Positions 26,296 through 40,173 of a DNA stretch of 64,000 nt are shown here, one piece after another. The stretch covers positions 18,414,001 to 18,478,000 of the forward strand of contig CM022676.1 of NCBI GenBank assembly GCA_012295275.1. Reading direction: 5' to 3'. Origin of the DNA: Chrysomallon squamiferum (lineage: Eukaryota; Animalia; Mollusca). Below the pieces are notes generated by a model. The model saw nothing but the letters and a program-made list of their open reading frames with translations. It was not told the DNA's origin and searched no databases. How positions within the stretch are numbered: the first letter of the stretch is position 1; each line of letters begins with the position of its first letter. The translations under genes and the position numbers were made by a program.

Positions 26296-28889
26296 TAAAG
26301 AGATGAGGAAAATAGATTGAGTGGCACCCATCTTGGATTTAGCCTTCCAGAACAAATTTCTCATGTGTGAGATGTCATTTGGTAGTTTCAGTAAAAACAT
26401 CGATTACAAACACTATAAAAAGATTCAGATGGCAAAACAAGGTTCTGTGGTACTTCTGCTGCACTATAATAAGAATAAAAAAAAAAAAAAAAATGATAAC
26501 AATACAAAATACAAATATTTATAATGATAGTAATAAAAGGTAAAATAAAATATAATAATAAAAAAAAAAAATAAAAAAGTCTGAATTTGCCACATTAATT
26601 TTAGTTACAACACACCATTTTAATCCATCCATCAGGCAGTTCACTAGGATAAATAAATGTAAATTATTTTCAAACAAGTAATCTGAAATTTTTATGTTTG
26701 TTTATGTTTTCAGATTTCTTTTCTTTTTGTTTTTTTGGTTGAGGGGATTGTTATCAAATTTGTGAGACATATTTACTGTATTTATTGATATTAAATATTA
26801 CAATGTACATACAGATATGAATAAGAATATTGATTTTTCCAGCACATACTGAATACACTAAAAAAATGAATAGACAAACCAGTGAACATTTAAAGTAAAC
26901 ATTTGATGGCTTTTGAATTAAAAGGATATATATACAAATATATATATTTTTCATAATGTCCAAAATGTTCCTAAATTGCATGTTGTGTGCAATATACTGT
27001 AGAAAGTTCTAGATATGGCAGCTGTCACAACAGTAGCTAAGCATTTGCTGATGGTTTTGTATTTGCTTCATTGTGGTGGAACTGCCATACAGAAGCCTCC
27101 ACAGTTAGAGGTAAAACATTTCATAGTAAAAGTAAAAACGTGTTTGATGTCCAGTGAGAATTACTGCTGTACAAAGCAAACTAAATCTGTGTAACCTGCT
27201 TCTGCTCACAACTCATAAACCACAGCACTGTGTTATACATTCAACAAACTGAAATTACAATTAACATACATGACTTGTTTTCTCTGAACAATAATCAGAT
27301 GACAGTGTGTGTAATTTAACTGCTATCATAGGCCCAAATATCAAACAACAACACAATTATAACACATTAGTTGTTAATTTCTTTAACAATAATAAAAAAA
27401 AATAAAATAAAAAAATCATTGTGATGGTTACTTGTCTAGGGAACAGATATCCGAGTTGTTCAGGGGTTGTGCGCGTAGTTATCCATTTATTTAATCATAC
27501 AGTTTAAAATATAATTTGTGGTAAAATACAAAATTTTTTATAAAAATTTAGAATTATTTAACAGTATATTTTTTAACCACCTGTTTTGTTGTAATATATA
27601 TATAAAAAATATTTAACAATAAATTTTTAAACCATAGCCCCTCTTGTCACATATAAAAAAAGAAAGGATGAGCTTGAATAAGAGAAGTCCTTTTTACTAC
27701 AAGGACAATTATTTTCAGTTATAATCCTTTATAATCTAACAGCTGGAAATATTGAATATTTATAAAAATGTATTTCTTTTAGCAAGCCAGCATAGTTTGA
27801 AGGTTTTATTTTCATTGTTTGTGATCTAAAAATATTTCAAAACATTTTAAGTGCTGTAAGAATAATACTCAGATTTCATCTGGTTTTACATTTATTAAAC
27901 AGTTATATTTGCTTCATATGCAACATTAAAGATACCTTATATATGTAGTTGTATTCTGTCTCTGACATGTAGAAACTGAACAGTACATATTTTTATCAAC
28001 TGACAGTTCATCACTGCATCTTATGAGACTTAAACAATTTAATTTTCATACAGACTTAAATTTATTCAAATATATTTATTATTATGCTTGCATGAGTCAT
28101 ATGATGCAATATTAAAGTTTCAAAATTAGTGTGCAGCCTGTTTTCGTGACTGGAAATAGCTGAACTTTGACATTTGTTTGGATTTTACATGAATTTCTTA
28201 TTAAAAACAGCAAAATAAAGATTGCTGGGTATATGATGCACAAATTTTCCAAGATAGAGAAACTTAATCATATGCTGTGATATTCTGAAAACTGTAATCC
28301 AGAGGTTTGAATGGGGTAAACAGTAATTAACATGACCCACCAAACTTTATACTTTAAAATAATCTCTACTAACCACACAGCCTGTATTTTATTATTATTA
28401 TTATTTTTTAATTTAAATTTATCTGAAAACTAATTTCTTCAAGTATTCAGACAAATAAAATGTGAATATAAAATTCCTCATTCCATATTTTTTTATTCTT
28501 TCGTTTGTTTATTTCCCCCCACCTTCTCCTCCTATATAATTTTATTAAACTTTTGTTTACAATATAATTATTTTCGTTCCGGTCTTAAGTATATCAAGTT
28601 TATAAATCTGAAATCTCTTACTAACTGAACTACCGTAACTAAACAATGTTTAAAAAGTATGTTATAAAAAGTAATATATCAATAATAATCATAATTAAAT
28701 TAATAATTATTTCGAACCATCTAAGTTCGAACAGATTGAGATTCATACTCGATCGTAAAAAACATCTGATAACCTGACCACTATAAACAAAATGTTTGAA
28801 GTTGTTTGTGTACGTAACAACTTTCACAAAGAATATCTGAAACTGTATTAAATAATAAAAACTATGAATAACAAAAGATGAGTACTTAC

Positions 28890-29210
28890 AAATAACTGTA
28901 CAATAAACGACTTCTGCAATTACAGCGATCTACATGCGATCTCAGCTGATGACAGATTGACCCGAGATGACCTACCGGAAACACTTTTGATTGGTTAAGA
29001 TTATAACAGCTGACAGATTGTGCTAAAAACAACAACAAAATTTTGTTTCCAGCTGAATACTAACATTAACAAGTTAACGTAATTTATGCACTTAATTATT
29101 ATTATTTGTTCCCTTTATATCAAAATATGCGTATAAAATACCTTTATTTGGTAAATCGTCTTTCTTTCCGTGGACTTTGGATCGGCTGTTGTTATCAGCC
29201 GATGATTTTA
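28890..29210 (-). promoter_or_regulatory. Putative SC5D non-coding first exon and promoter
   Basis: Minus-strand donor ttt|gtaagt at 28889; acceptor at 23850, just upstream of the ATG. CCAAT at 28990-28994, ETS-like ccggaa at 28975, locally CpG-richer sequence. Confidence 0.5.
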
Positions 29211-29629
29211 CGTGACATAACGCATGGCGTTTAAAAATAGAAATCGCCAACAGATACACCATAAGTTTACAATATCCAACCGTTACTGGAAATATTGATA
29301 CTAATACACAACTAATTGTTTTAAATAGTTGTTACTAGTGATATAATATTCCTACCAGTCATATAAATTATTTAAATATTAATAAAATTAATGTATTTAA
29401 CTTTGTTAATGATCAGTACTATAATCTGTTTATTTATTCATTTATTTACTTTCAGTTACTTTCAGTTTCTCACTTCTCGTTAATTCTTTCAGAGAATCTT
29501 CCAGCAGCTAATAAATAAATAAATAAAATAAATAATAATAAAATAAAAGTAATAATAAAAAGTAATGACAAAAAATTAATTAGTGTCAAAATGCAGGTGT
29601 ACAGTCATAACTAATTTCGCATAAACACG

Positions 29630-29727
<98 letters not shown>

Positions 29728-29789
29728 GGTAAATACAAATAATTTCGTTGCTCCTCATCAGTCTCATCATCATTATTATTGTTATTATT

Positions 29790-29827
<38 letters not shown>

Positions 29828-30353
29828 AGAAATATTCCTGTTCTTCAGACTTATTATTTTATTTGATTTAATATATTTTATCGAATTTTATTTAAATATT
29901 TATTGTGGGTTTTTTTCCTTTTTCGTTTTTAATTTTTTGTTTTAATGATATTTTATTTATTTATTTATTTATGCATGTGTGTATGTGCGTACATGAATTT
30001 ATATATATATATATATATATATTTGTTTACTGTCATTTTTTTTATTTTTTTTTTTTATTTCATATATTATTTCCATTTTCACAGAATGAATAGGAAATGA
30101 TTTGAAACGTAGTAGAACTACCACAATATTGAATGAAAAAGATAAAAACACAGAATAATGACTATACTGAAAACTGAAACTGACAGGGTGATTTCGTTTA
30201 TTTTACAAATTACATGTTATATATACAGTATGAGTTTTTTTTTGTGTGTGTGTTCTTGTGTGAGTGTGCTTGTGTATGTGTATGTGTGTGTGTCTGTATG
30301 TGTGTGTGTGTGTCTGTGTATTTGTGTACGTGGTGTGGGTTAGTAGGTATATA

Positions 30354-30544
30354 CTGGGTTGAGGAATAAGTCATTTCGGTTCATAATTGATTCATATTTA
30401 TTGCAGACCATTGGATAGAAGTGGTAAATAACAATGGAAGATACATTATTGATTAAATTACTTCTTGTTATCAGTTAAGCTTAAGATTCCTTATGTGTAA
30501 TAATTAAATTAAATTTAACCGCAATGACTTATTCCTCAATCCAA
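30354..30544. mobile_element. Mariner-type MITE (~191 bp)
   Basis: Terminal inverted repeats ctgggttgaggaataagtcatttcggtt / aaccgcaatgacttattcctcaatccaa, flanked by TA on both sides. The TIR resembles mariner TIRs (ttaggttggtgcaaaagtaattgcggtt type). Confidence 0.7.
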
Positions 30545-30763
30545 TATAATATATTATTTGGGATATAATATTAACCTTTGTAAAATTTGTGCTATTTTTT
30601 CTCTGATCTTTAATTTACGAATAAATAAAAGTTTTCACGTGAATGATATATCTGTTTTAATTTATTCACTTTTTTTTCTTTGAGATTCACGATTAAATAT
30701 TGCTTGTTCTCTCTGTCTCCTTTTATATATTCATCCATCCATCCATCCATCCATCTCTCTTTC

Positions 30764-31140
<377 letters not shown>

Positions 31141-31199
31141 TTAGTAGACGTGTAATCGTCGTCGTTGAATAACATCAGTATTGCTCTTTGATCAGCTTC

Positions 31200-31262
31200 A
31201 GCACACACACACACACAGACACACACACATCTACATAATTCTAATATATATAAGCGCACACG

Positions 31263-31299
<37 letters not shown>

Positions 31300-31865
31300 A
31301 CACAGACACATCTTAAACACACACAGACACACACACACATCTACATCTACATAATTCTAATATATATAAGCGCACACACACACAGACACACACAGACACA
31401 CACACATCTACACACATCTTCTAATATATAACACGCGCACACACACACATATACACACACAGACACACACACATCTACATACTTCTAATATATATAAGCG
31501 CACACACACATATACCACACAGACACACACACACACACAGAAAAACACATATACACACACAGACACACACACATCTACATACTTCTAATATATATAAGCG
31601 CGCACACACACACACACATATACACACACAGACACACACACATCTACATACTTCTAATATATATAAGCACACACACACACGCACACACACAGACACACAC
31701 ATATACACACACAGACACACACACGCACACACACAGACACACACACATCTACATACTTCTAATATATATAAGCGCACACACACATACGCACACACGACAC
31801 ACACACAGTCACACACATATATAAGCGCACACACACAGACACACACACACACACACACAGAAAAC

Positions 31866-31897
<32 letters not shown>

Positions 31898-32275
31898 TAC
31901 ACACAGTCACACACATATATACACACACAGACACACACACACACTTCTAATATACACACACACACGCACACACACACACACATACACACACAGACACACA
32001 CACACACACACACACAGACACACACACACATCTACATACTTCTAATATATATATAAGCGCACACGCACGCGCACACACAGACACACAGAGACACACACAC
32101 ATCTACATACTACTATTATATATAAGCGCACATGCACGCGCACACACAGAGACACACACAGAAACACACACATCTACATACTTCTAATATATAAGCGCAC
32201 ACACACACACACACACACACAGACACACACACAGATCTACATACACACACACACACTACACGCACACACACAGAC

Positions 32276-32319
<44 letters not shown>

Positions 32320-32397
32320 CACACACACATATACACACACAGACACACACACATCTACATACTTCGAATATATATAAGCGCACACACACGCGCACAA
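31200..32397. repeat. Compound CA-based minisatellite with conserved core catctacatacttctaatatatataagcgca
   Basis: The core recurs more than 10 times, separated by variable (CA)n/(CAGA) runs. Confidence 0.9.
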
Positions 32398-33237
32398 AAT
32401 AGTAAGTTGTTGAGTAAATCATTTTACGAAGAGTGTCGATCGTCAGTTTGTCTTACATTTTGTAAAAGTATTTCATTCATATGCCCTATTTATTTATCTA
32501 TTCAATTACTTATTATCATCATCATCAACCTTCTTCTTATCATTATTTCGCAAAGCTCTCAGTGGCATTTATACATATTTAGGAATTAATACTGTGCTGC
32601 CTGTATCTGTGTGTGCGTGTGCGTATGTGCGTGTGTATCTCTCTGAAGATGTGTGTTGTGTATACGCATGTAAGTATGCATGTTTATATGTATATCTCTA
32701 AGCCTGTCTGCAAGTCTGTATATACGTATGTTTATATATATATATATATAATATTAAATATTATTTTGTACGTGAGTACGTGTAAGTATATACTTACGTT
32801 AACATATATCTATATATTTGCGTGTACATGACTATATATTTTTGATGTATTTAAAAATCGGACGGTTAAGGATCGATACAGTATAGAATTACACCATTTA
32901 AAGAAATGTTTAAATTATAATTTTATTTTAAAATAAATATTCAGACCATGTGCTGAAAGCCTTTTATTCATTTTTTTTAAAGAGCAAGTTATCAAACAAG
33001 CATGAAAAAAAAAAAAAAAAAAAAAAATCTCTTAAATAAATAAGTAAATAAATAAACAAAATGAAAAAATATAAAATATAATGAAATAAAATAAAATAAA
33101 ATGAGATAAATAAACTAATGAGAAGAGGAATTAGGAACTGAAATCTTGACCTGTTCGTACTTAGTTAATAATTATGTTAGTGTTTTAGAGATTATAATGA
33201 ACTCAAGTCCATACACTGACACTGTAATGTAACACTG

Positions 33238-35232
33238 CTATTTAAAACGTGTCTCTAGAAGATCGTCCATTGTCGGAAAAGCCGAGAATTGCCGACAGGT
33301 GGAGGAAAAGAGTACGCACTGTTTCTTGTTGTCATCCCACTCTCTTAAAATAGGACACGACTGGTAACTCGCGTTTCCATGGTTACAGTCGACGTACATG
33401 GAGCACGTGTGGCAGTGCTGATACAGACCGTGTAGTCGTTGCCCATCGTAAATGCAGCTAACGGTGCATCTCGGTTGCTGTTGCTGCTGTGTATTAGCCG
33501 TAGACGGAGTAGACGTTACTTGAGTCGGCTTCTCAGAATTCATTTCTACATTTTCGAATTGTGAAAGCGACTGTTGACTCTCTTGGAAATTGAAAAAATC
33601 TTTATCGAAAGGATGTCCCAGCGACAACAAATCTTCATTCAGTTGTTTATGCATGTCGTTCAGGTCGTTGTGACTGACGTCGTTGCTGGGAAGTTTTATA
33701 GCGGACATCAGGTCGTCATTATCCTTGGAGTTAAAACCAACCGGTTTCCCGCCAAAGTAGAGCGGTACACGAGGCTGAGAAAACGTCTCAAACTTGATTG
33801 GCTGAGCGCTGTCAAAACGAGGAAAAGAAAACTGTTTTTCTTGTAGGTTATCAACGTAATTGTTTATGTCAGAAGTCAGCATGGAGGCTGGGTTGATCTC
33901 ACGTCGAGGCGGAGTTGTGCTGGATGAAGTCGTACTACTTCTAATCGGACTGTCTGTGACGTCATATGTACTGTAGCTATTGGAGACGTGATTTTGGTGT
34001 TGATTATTTATATCATTATTTTTATTCTGGTTAGTGGGTATTTCTTTTTCGTTCTGTTTACCTCTGACGTCATTTTCCTTCTCGTAACCTGTGAATGTTT
34101 CAGTCGGCTTACTTGTGACGTCATTTTCACTTAAGTTGTTTGTGGCGTCATTTTCATTCAGGCTACTCGTGACATCATTTTGAGTGGGGTTACTTGTGAC
34201 GTCATTTTCATTATTGTAGCTCGTGACATCACTTTCAGTCGGACTATTGGTGATGTCATTCTGATATTCATTATTTATCGAGTTATTTGTAATATAATTT
34301 TCATTCTTTGTACCTTGATTTGTTGTGACGTCATTTTCATTCGCCTTACTTTCCAAAGGGTGAATGGACTGGTCCGGGGAAAAGTAGGAGAACTTGTATT
34401 CGGAACCATCAGGTAGAGTTATCGAAGCTTTCTTCGCTTTTCTCAGATCTTCAGAAATCATCTTCTCTGCATCTGTCTGTGTCCTAAGAGACGAAATAAA
34501 ACAGTTTAGCATACAACCTCTTTTGTGATTTCTGTGATGCCTCTATTTTCTTACAACAACATTAAACACTAAAACGACTACTTCAACAACAACAACAACA
34601 ACAACAACAACGAGAATGTGAACAAGAAACTGCTATATTTACAGATAAATTAATTAAAAACTGTATTTAAGTTAGTACAGTAATGACTCACCCACAGTTT
34701 GCCTTCTCCTTGCTGACACATCTGCCGGTGGTGACGTCGTAGTAAACGTCGTCAAGAGATGTCGCAGGACAGCTGACGACAGCGTAGTTTCCTTTGAAGC
34801 AAACGACAAACTGGGTGCAGTCGGTGCAGTCGGGATGTTGCGTGTTGTCGCCGATCATGCAGTCAGAACGTCGTGAACACGTGCTGTTCACTAAACAAAC
34901 CAAAACAACAACAGATAAACAAAACAAACAAACAAACAAACAACACATAAAGAAAAGAAACAAACAAACAAACAGTATAACACAAATAAAATAAACAAAC
35001 AAAAAAACAAACAAACAAAAAAACAAAACAACAACAAATAAACAAACATAAACAAAAACAAAACAACAGAAAAAAAACAAAACAAAACAAAACAAATAAA
35101 CAAAAAAAACAACAACAACAAACGGCATATAAACAAACAAACAAACAAAACAACAACAGATAAACAATTAAAATAATTGATAATCCGGGAAGATTTATTA
35201 TTTTACATATATAACCTAAATATATACGTGCG

Positions 35233-35276
<44 letters not shown>

Positions 35277-35487
35277 TCTGTGGATGGGTGGGAGTAATAT
35301 AAGTGGGTGGGTGCGTTTTTTGACATTTAAATAAATAAATAAACAAAAAATAAATAAATAAACAAACAAAACAGGAGATTAGAAAACGTGAGTTGATCAA
35401 GTACTTACATTTAAATGGCGTTTGACTCCAGCAAGATGAGAAAGAAACTGTTACTATGGCAACAACAAACACTGCTGAAAGAGCCAT
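33238..35487 (-). CDS. Secreted protein with two chitin-binding type-2 (CBM14/peritrophin-A-like) domains and an N/D/T-rich repeat linker, 507 aa
   Basis: Exons: 35487-35409 (signal MALSAVFVVAIVTVSFSSCWS); 34890-34692 (C..C..HPDCTDCTQFVVCFKG..VSCP...YYDVTTGRCV...ANC); 34483-33238 (linker + CTVSCI...YQHCHTCSMYVDCNHG..YQSCP..REWDDNKKQCVLFSSTC). Junctions are phase 1 and phase 2; 1524 nt in frame. Confidence 0.85.
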
Positions 35488-35509
35488 CTGTAATTAAATA
35501 AAATACATA

Positions 35510-35890
35510 TGGGCATACATATATATATATATATATACATACATATATACATAATACATATACATACATATACATACATACATACATACATATATATATA
35601 CATATATACATACATACATACATATATATATACATATTAAATATATACATACATACATATATACATATATACATATATACATACATATATATACATATAT
35701 ACATATTAAATATATATACATATACATACATAGACATACATACATACATATATACATATTAAATATATATACATACACATACATACACACATACATACAT
35801 ATATACATACATACATACATACATATATACATATACATACATAGATACATTCAGACATACATACATATACACATACAAATGCATAAACAT
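35510..35890. repeat. (ATAC)n/(AT)n compound microsatellite
   Basis: Seen directly. Confidence 0.9.
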
Positions 35891-35927
35891 TCAAACAAAT
35901 CGTTATGTAAATGAATATTTAATAAGT

Positions 35928-35962
<35 letters not shown>

Positions 35963-37031
35963 ACAAACACAAATAAATAAGAACAGATTTTCAGTATTCA
36001 CAGGAACTAAACAGCAAATTATATTTACATTTTGAGAATCAGTTCTCCGAAATTCTGAAATCTTGATCTTTAGACGATTAAACGAAATGTTGAAACTCAA
36101 AGTTCTCAGCTGGTTTAGTACACACAAACTTTATTACATATAAAATATCCCGAGAACTCTCTGTTTTTGCTGTTTACGAAAATTAAACGGAATCTGTGTT
36201 TTGATTTAAATCCTTTTGTCTGGTTATATCCTCATATCCGGAACATTCAGAACATGAATTTCGGTCACAATAATTTCGGGTAAAGTATCCTCAACCTGAA
36301 TTTTTTGAGAACGACAGAAAAACGAAGAAAGGAAGACACAGTTAAAAATAATGTATGCAAAAACAATACTGTTGCTAAGAGAAAAAAAAAAAAAATAATA
36401 ATAAAATTAATAAAATATATAAAAAACAAAATAGGAACTAAAGAAACATAAAGCTGAAAAAACCTAAGATCTAAAATTAAGCGAAAAGAAAGAAAGAAAA
36501 GATAACAGTACCTCAATGTAATTTCTTCTTACGAAACAAAACACGTGAATTCGGTTACTTTTGTGAAAACTTTCTGTTTAAATTCCATTGTCCGTGTTCC
36601 GTAATATATTGGCAGTTTCCCGCCAGGGGGCGCCTGCCTCTAACATCGTTGTTTAATTCCCCACCTAAGAAGGATTTGAAAATAATTTATTTTATAGCTT
36701 TACCTACATATATAGAAATAGAAATGGTTAATAAAACAACAATAAATCTGGTACATTTCCTCGTGCACTGCGGGTTTTGAGAAATCTACACTCATTACAC
36801 TCATCTTTTACAATAATACACATACCTGATACCAGTCTGTTACATACACATATATAACACACCCATTAAATAATAATTGTTATTATCATGAACAGTTCTA
36901 TTTTTTAAATTGTTATTTCGTTTTGTAGTAAATGATTGGATTTTAATCCTTGTTAGCAGAGCAGAAACGTATCCTTTGATCCTTTCTAAGTGTATTTTAA
37001 ATCACATACATCCAAATACATATAGAAACAT

Positions 37032-37136
<105 letters not shown>

Positions 37137-37294
37137 TACATATACACACACATACACTCAAACACACACACATATATACATATATACATATATACAAACA
37201 ATAAACCTCCCTGTACAATATCAGAAGGGCTTTCAACATAAATTCTCTCATTTAATTAGTTTAAAAAATATATAATAACTTTGTCTTAATACAG

Positions 37295-37346
<52 letters not shown>

Positions 37347-37874
37347 AGAGACACACTCAGACACAAACATTTGGAGACACACACAACGACACACATACAG
37401 ACACACACTTATATTAGGTACTCCAAGCGAAATTTTCTCTGACAAAGTTTATTTGAGAATATGTTATGCTAAGTGTTCAACGCATATTCACACGAACAAT
37501 AGCAAGTACTTTATAACCTGTTTCCTTTTTAAAACAATGCAGCTTGTTGAAATACATAAGTAGACTGACTTCCTTGTTCGAGGAAAGCTTTGCAGAAATT
37601 TCACTGGCTGCTCTAAGTGGAAGACTGCAGATTACATAAGGAAGAACATTTGACAAGTCAGTTTTTAAATAGTTCATAATTTCTTTTTCTGACTGAATCG
37701 ATTTTATAGTTATTGTTATTTCTATTTCTAGTGACGTTTGTATTATTATTATTATTATTGTTTTGTTGTTGTTGTTGTTGTTGTTATGGTTGTTATTTTT
37801 ATTATGATTATGATTATTATTATTATTTATATTATTATTATTAGTTTAGTGTTATTATTATTACTATTATTTTA

Positions 37875-37924
<50 letters not shown>

Positions 37925-37971
37925 AATTATTATTATTGTTATTTCAGATTTCCCACTGGAATAATTCAAAC

Positions 37972-39698
37972 ATGCGGACAGACGTTTTTATTTTCTGTAT
38001 TTTTCCTATAAGTTTTCTCATTCTGCACTCGAGTACTGGTAAGTTAAATCTAAACTAATTTCATGTAGTTGTTCTTCTTTTCTTCTTCTTCTTAAGCAAA
38101 TAGTTTTTAGAAAATGTAGTTGTTGTGTTAGTGTCAGTAGTAGTGGTCATTGTAATAGTAATAGAATAAGGGAGTGTAGTAGTCGTAATAATAGCAATAG
38201 TTAAAACAACAGCAGTAATAGTTATACAGTTATACTGTTACTGGTAATCATACAACTAGCGCTAGTAACGCAAGTAGCAACAGCAGCAACTGTAGCAGTT
38301 GTAGTAAATGTGGAATATTTAAAAGTAATAATTAAAAACAGAATAATGGCTATAACAGTGGTAAAAAAAGTAGTAGTAGTGATAGTAGTAATAGTAAAGT
38401 GGTAGTACTGGTAACAGTAGTAGTTGTAGTATTATTAGAAGTAGACGTAGTAGCTGTAGTAGTACTAGTAGCTGTAGTAGTGGTAGTAATAGAGTAGAAG
38501 AAGTGGAATAAACAAAGGAAGAAGAAGAAGAAAAAGACGTGGTAGTAGCAGTAGTAATTATAGAAGTAAATATAGAATAAACCACTGATAATAATTGTAT
38601 CAGAAATAACAGTGGAGGTTATAGTAGCAGAAGAACTGGTTTTAGTGTTTGTGTGAATAGTATGTATTAGGAGGAGTATCATTAGTACTAGTAGTAGAAA
38701 AGGAGTAATAGTAAAAATAGTAGCATAATCAGCAGTAATAGTAGTAGTAGTTTTTGTGGTAGTAGTAATAGTAGTAGTACTCATAGAGGTAGTACTAATA
38801 ATAATTAGTAGTGATAGAAGTATTAGTAATCGCATTGGTAGTAACAGTAGTTGTAATAACAGTAGTATCATTATCAATCTAATACAGCTACGATTAGTGA
38901 TAATAACAACGATAGTGACTAAACTAAATCTCATAAGTTTTATTACAACAACACTAACTCATTTAATTAATTAATTATTTGGAAATAAAAAAAAATATGT
39001 TTTTCTTTTGTTACAGTTCTAGGAGTAAAGTTTGGATTGTTTCACGTGATACCTGTACTAAAAGGTGAAATGATGTTTATGTCGTGTCGTGTACTCGAGT
39101 CACAGAATCTGACTTCTGATATAAAGTTTGTACATAAAACACAAACTGATAACACCACAGTGTGTGACTGTGTACAGAGAGGAGACACGTGTAACTGTAA
39201 CAGTACACAAAGTTACATTTGTAGATGTGCAACACAGACAAACAAAGCTAACAGCGAGTATAAAGACTACACAGTTTCTAAGTACCACACAACTGAAAAT
39301 GACACTGGAGTCTGGTGTTGTGGATCTGATCAACTTGAAGTGTGGAGTGAACCAGAAGTTGGTGTAATATGTAAGAAAATATTTATCATTACTGTAAAAA
39401 AAACAAAAAAAACAACAACCCAAAAACAACAACAAGAGGCAAAAGAAAACATTTACTCACAGGCATATGCACACAAAACGACAACAATAATTTAAGTAAT
39501 ATTATCTTACAATTATAAAGAAAAACAACAACATCTGATACATACATCTTTATGTATGTACACAAACAACACTTTTGTTATTGCTTTTCTTATTATTATT
39601 CTTATTACTATTTTGTTGCTGTTCTTATTGCTATTAGTATTGTTGTTGATGTTTCGTTGTCGTTGTTATTATTGTTAGCTTAGTAGTTGTTGTTTGTG

Positions 39699-39751
<53 letters not shown>

Positions 39752-40114
39752 TTCAGCTACAAATCCTGGTTTATCAGTATATTCCTGGACGGCTGTCATC
39801 AATCAAACTTTCACATTTGTTTGTTCTGTTATCAGAAATATTTATAAAGAAGATATCACATTTAAACGAGGTGATGAGAAAATTTGTACATGTAAATATA
39901 AAACACAAACATGTGAAACACACAGAGAGTCGACAGATAACTACAGATGTAAGTTTGTACAAACTTTGCTCACAGGTACACGTTATTTAACCACTTACAG
40001 TTTGACTGTATCTTCATTTTCTGTCAACGACTATAAGTCATGGACTGAAAAATGTAGCACTGAAAAAGTATTATTATTATTAAGATTAACTCCATTACAC
40101 CAATTATTATTGAG

Positions 40115-40173
<59 letters not shown>

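Noticed and set aside
34863-35369. Hydrophobic Phe/Val/Cys-rich ORFs resembling membrane proteins
   Set aside because: Translation of (TTTG)n-type intronic low-complexity sequence upstream of the real acceptor at 34890.
38100-38960. Thr-rich mucin-like ORF on minus strand
   Set aside because: Degenerate (GTA/ATA)n intron sequence with no splice or codon support.
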